A stretch of 64,000 nucleotides of DNA from an uncultured Rhodobiaceae bacterium (lineage in GTDB: Bacteria; Pseudomonadota; Alphaproteobacteria; Rhizobiales; TMED25): the NCBI GenBank assembly GCA_913045225.1, contig CAJWPC010000001.1, positions 79,128-143,127 of the forward strand. Reading direction: 5' to 3'. The translations under genes and the position numbers were made by a program. Shown in pieces: positions 61,670 through 64,000 of this stretch. The notes under the pieces are model-generated. The model saw only the letters and a program-made list of their open reading frames with translations, was not told where the DNA came from and made no database searches. Within the stretch, counting starts at the first letter, position 1, and every line of letters starts with the position of its first letter.

Positions 61670-62407
61670 ATGATAAGCCATAAATATAAATCACCAAACT
61701 ATAGTGATCGAGTTAAGGATTCAAAAATAGAGTTTATAATAATTCATTATACTGGTGTTGATATGCAATTTCACAAAGTTATTAATTGGTTTCTCGATGA
61801 GCGATCGAGAGTAAGTTGTCACTTTCTAATAGATACATCAGGTAAAATTTATAATTTAGTTGATATCTCAAAGCGCGCTTGGCATGCGGGGAAATCATTC
61901 TGGAATAATTGCGTTGATATTAATTCAAATTCAATTGGAATAGAGTTGCACAATGCAGGCAATGAAGATTTTACGGCTCACCAGCTTGAGTCATTAGTAA
62001 AACTAGTAAAAAAACTTATGAGAGACAATGCAATTCAAAGCTGGGATATTCTGGGGCATTCTGATGTTTCAATTGGAAGAAAGATTGACCCGGGAGTAAA
62101 ATTTCCATGGCAACACCTCGCAAAAGAAAAAATTGGTTTTTTTTCAGATCTTTCACAAGAAAATTTTGATATGGACAATTCAGATAAGAATAGTCCGCAA
62201 TTCATCAAGGAAATACAAACTAAACTCATGACAATTGGATATCATGTATATAAATCTGGAGTTTTTGATACGCAAACTGTTGAAGCACTGAAGGCATTTC
62301 AGAGACACTGGAGGCCAGTAAAAGTTAATGGTATGTTAGATGTCTCAACAAAACAAATACTCACAGAAGTACATAAAAAATTATCTGAGTTTAGGGGTGG
62401 TCATTAG
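61670..62407 (+). CDS. N-acetylmuramoyl-L-alanine amidase (AmpD/AmiD type) with peptidoglycan-binding domain
   Basis: SPNY, IHYT, VSCHFLID, RAWHAG.S.W, SIGIE, GHSD....RK.DPG..FPW, AFQRHWRP. Confidence 0.93.
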   Translation: MISHKYKSPNYSDRVKDSKIEFIIIHYTGVDMQFHKVINWFLDERSRVSCHFLIDTSGKIYNLVDISKRAWHAGKSFWNNCVDINSNSIGIELHNAGNEDFTAHQLESLVKLVKKLMRDNAIQSWDILGHSDVSIGRKIDPGVKFPWQHLAKEKIGFFSDLSQENFDMDNSDKNSPQFIKEIQTKLMTIGYHVYKSGVFDTQTVEALKAFQRHWRPVKVNGMLDVSTKQILTEVHKKLSEFRGGH

Positions 62408-62447
62408 TCTATGTGGACAATTGGTAATTATTCATGTTAAAACAAAT

Positions 62448-62793
62448 ATGCTAGATGGCTGGATGATCGCTATTTATTAGAGGAAAGTCCGGGCTCCACA
62501 GAGGAACAGTGCCGGATAACATCCGGCGGGGGTGACCCTAGGGAAAGTGCAACAGAAAATATACCGCCATGATTAAATGGTAAGGGTGAAATGGTGTGGT
62601 AAGAGCACACCGCAATGGTGGTAACATCATTGGCAGTGTAAACCCCACTGGGAGCAAGACCAAATAGAGATGGAAATATGTCCTCTGCATTCTGCCATCT
62701 GGGTAGGTCGCTAGACTCAATGAGTAATCATAGAGCGAGATGAATGATCATCGTCAAATTGACACAGAACCCGGCTTATAGGCCATCTAGCAT
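62448..62793 (+). ncRNA. rnpB: RNase P RNA, bacterial type A
   Basis: GAGGAAAGTCCGGGCTCC, GGAAAGTGCAACAGAAA, GGTAAGGGTGAAA, GGAGCAAG, ACAGAACCCGGCTTA; P1 ATGCTAGATGGC/GCCATCTAGCAT; P2 GATGATC/GATCATC. Confidence 0.97.
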
Positions 62794-62802
62794 TAGAATT
62801 TG

Positions 62803-62818
62803 GTTAATAAATAATTAA
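62803..62818 (-). promoter_or_regulatory. CtrA-binding consensus upstream of mraZ
   Basis: GTTAA-TAAATAA-TTAA, the reverse complement of TTAA-N7-TTAAC, 8 nt upstream of a TTGACT -35 element. Confidence 0.55.
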
Positions 62819-62821
62819 AAA

Positions 62822-62866
62822 AACCATTGACTTCCAAAAAATACCATGATATCCCATAAATACCCA
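62822..62866. promoter_or_regulatory. Phased MraZ-box-like direct repeats
   Basis: AACCA, TTCCA, TACCA, TCCCA, ACCCA at an exact 10-bp period (reverse strand TGGNN/TGGGN). Confidence 0.65.
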
Positions 62867-62881
62867 TTTATGGAATTTAAC

Positions 62882-63340
62882 ATGCAATTATTTTTATCTA
62901 AATTTAAGAATAAAATTGATCAGAAAGGTCGCGTCTCGATACCGTCGCAATTCAGGAGTATTTTATTTCAAGATGGATCCCAAAAAATGTTCTGCTATCC
63001 ATCTCTTGATGCAGAAGCAATTGATGCAGGAGGTGACAGTCTATCTCGGGAGATTTATGCACTTATGGATAATCTTGATCCATACTCAGATGAGAAAGAT
63101 TTTCTATCAACAGCACTTTTTGGGCTGTCTGAAGAACTCCGAATTGATAGTGACGGCCGAGTCATCATAAGCGATGCCCTAATTCAGCATGCTCAGATTA
63201 ATGACGAGGTTATATTCGTAGGTTTAGGTCAAAAATTCCAAATATGGGAGCCAAATAGATTTAGTAATTATTTGCAAGAAGCCCAAAAAAAGGTAAGAGA
63301 GCAAAGGCTATTATTGAGTAAGAAAAACAAAGGTTTTTAG
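62882..63340 (+). CDS. mraZ: Division/cell wall cluster transcriptional repressor MraZ
   Basis: FLS......IDQKGRVSIPSQFR, D.DGRV, GLGQKFQIWEP; start reassigned to ATG 62882. Confidence 0.95.
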   Translation: MQLFLSKFKNKIDQKGRVSIPSQFRSILFQDGSQKMFCYPSLDAEAIDAGGDSLSREIYALMDNLDPYSDEKDFLSTALFGLSEELRIDSDGRVIISDALIQHAQINDEVIFVGLGQKFQIWEPNRFSNYLQEAQKKVREQRLLLSKKNKGF

Positions 63341-63344
63341 TGTG

Positions 63345-64000
63345 ATGGATAGTAGAAAAATTTCTACTGGCGGACCATACTATCACACACCTGTCATGAC
63401 CAAGAAGGTGCTTGATGCATTATCACTCAGAGGAGGAAGTGTATTTGTGGATGGCACCTTTGGCGGGGGCGGACATTCTAGTGCGATATTGGATTTATTT
63501 GATTGCATAATTATTGCAACAGATAGAGATGTCAATTCTGTTCCTATTGCAAAAAAACTTAATGAAAAATATCAGGACCGAATTAATTTTTATAATGCGA
63601 GTTATACGCAAATTCCAAACATACTTGATAGCCTATCAATTAAAGCGGTAGATGGACTCTTGTTAGATCTCGGGGTATCATCGATGCAAATTGATGATCC
63701 AAAAAGAGGATTTTCATTTCAGAATGAAGGGCCCCTAGATATGCGGATGGGAAAAAATACAATTAGCGCTCATGATGTTGTTAACAAGATGAAGGAGGAG
63801 CATTTATCCGAAATAATCAGTGACTTTGGTGAAGAAAAGTACTCACGTATTATTGCGAGTAGGATTAATGATTATAGACAAAAAAATACTATCAAAACGA
63901 CCACTCAACTCAGTAAAATAATTAATGATGCCGTCGGAAATTTTTATAAAAAACAAAAAGGAGCCCATATTCATCCAGCAACACGCACCTTTCAGGCCAT
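63345..64000 (+). CDS. rsmH: 16S rRNA m4C1402 methyltransferase RsmH (MraW); runs off the window end, absent from the ORF track
   Basis: My translation: MDSRKISTGGPYYHTPVM...DGTFGGGGHS...DRD...DLGVSSMQID...RGFSF...GPLDMRM...HPATRTFQA. Confidence 0.96.
   Translation, partial: MDSRKISTGGPYYHTPVMTKKVLDALSLRGGSVFVDGTFGGGGHSSAILDLFDCIIIATDRDVNSVPIAKKLNEKYQDRINFYNASYTQIPNILDSLSIKAVDGLLLDLGVSSMQIDDPKRGFSFQNEGPLDMRMGKNTISAHDVVNKMKEEHLSEIISDFGEEKYSRIIASRINDYRQKNTIKTTTQLSKIINDAVGNFYKKQKGAHIHPATRTFQA

Overview
A gene-dense, AT-rich (roughly one-third GC by eye) chromosomal window from an alphaproteobacterium. Gene order (trxB-lsrB, lgt-ubiK-ybjN-proC, hemF-trmL-petABC-apt, amidase-rnpB-mraZ-rsmH) and the CarB insertion suggest a streamlined Hyphomicrobiales/Rhizobiales-like lineage, possibly marine (inference). 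Most of 11-49 kb and 55-64 kb is core housekeeping: petABC, prs, uvrB/C, carAB, dnaG-rpoD, tRNA-Ile(CAU), RNase P RNA and the start of the dcw cluster. Two accessory metabolic clusters stand out. (1) 1-8.3 kb: an HMF-oxidase-like GMC flavoprotein, an alpha/beta hydrolase, and an operon of Gfo/Idh/MocA dehydrogenase, divergent ThDP E1alpha/E1beta, a stand-alone lipoyl carrier with no E2/E3, a MATE exporter and an amidohydrolase with an Asp-to-Asn change. (2) 49.6-55.4 kb, just after the tRNA: a DddP-like M24 metalloenzyme with both peptidase His residues replaced by Tyr, a catalytically degenerate KdsB (CMP-Kdo synthetase) homologue, a His-ringed LVIVD beta-propeller, a class III CoA-transferase and a beta-decarboxylating dehydrogenase. 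This second cluster is the best candidate for an undescribed system. An unannotated AbcR-like small RNA candidate lies directly downstream of lsrB/vtlR. No integrase, transposase or CRISPR array was seen. The supplied ORF track gives hemF (15137-16009) on the wrong strand; it is on the minus strand. All family assignments come from motif recognition; no database searches were run.
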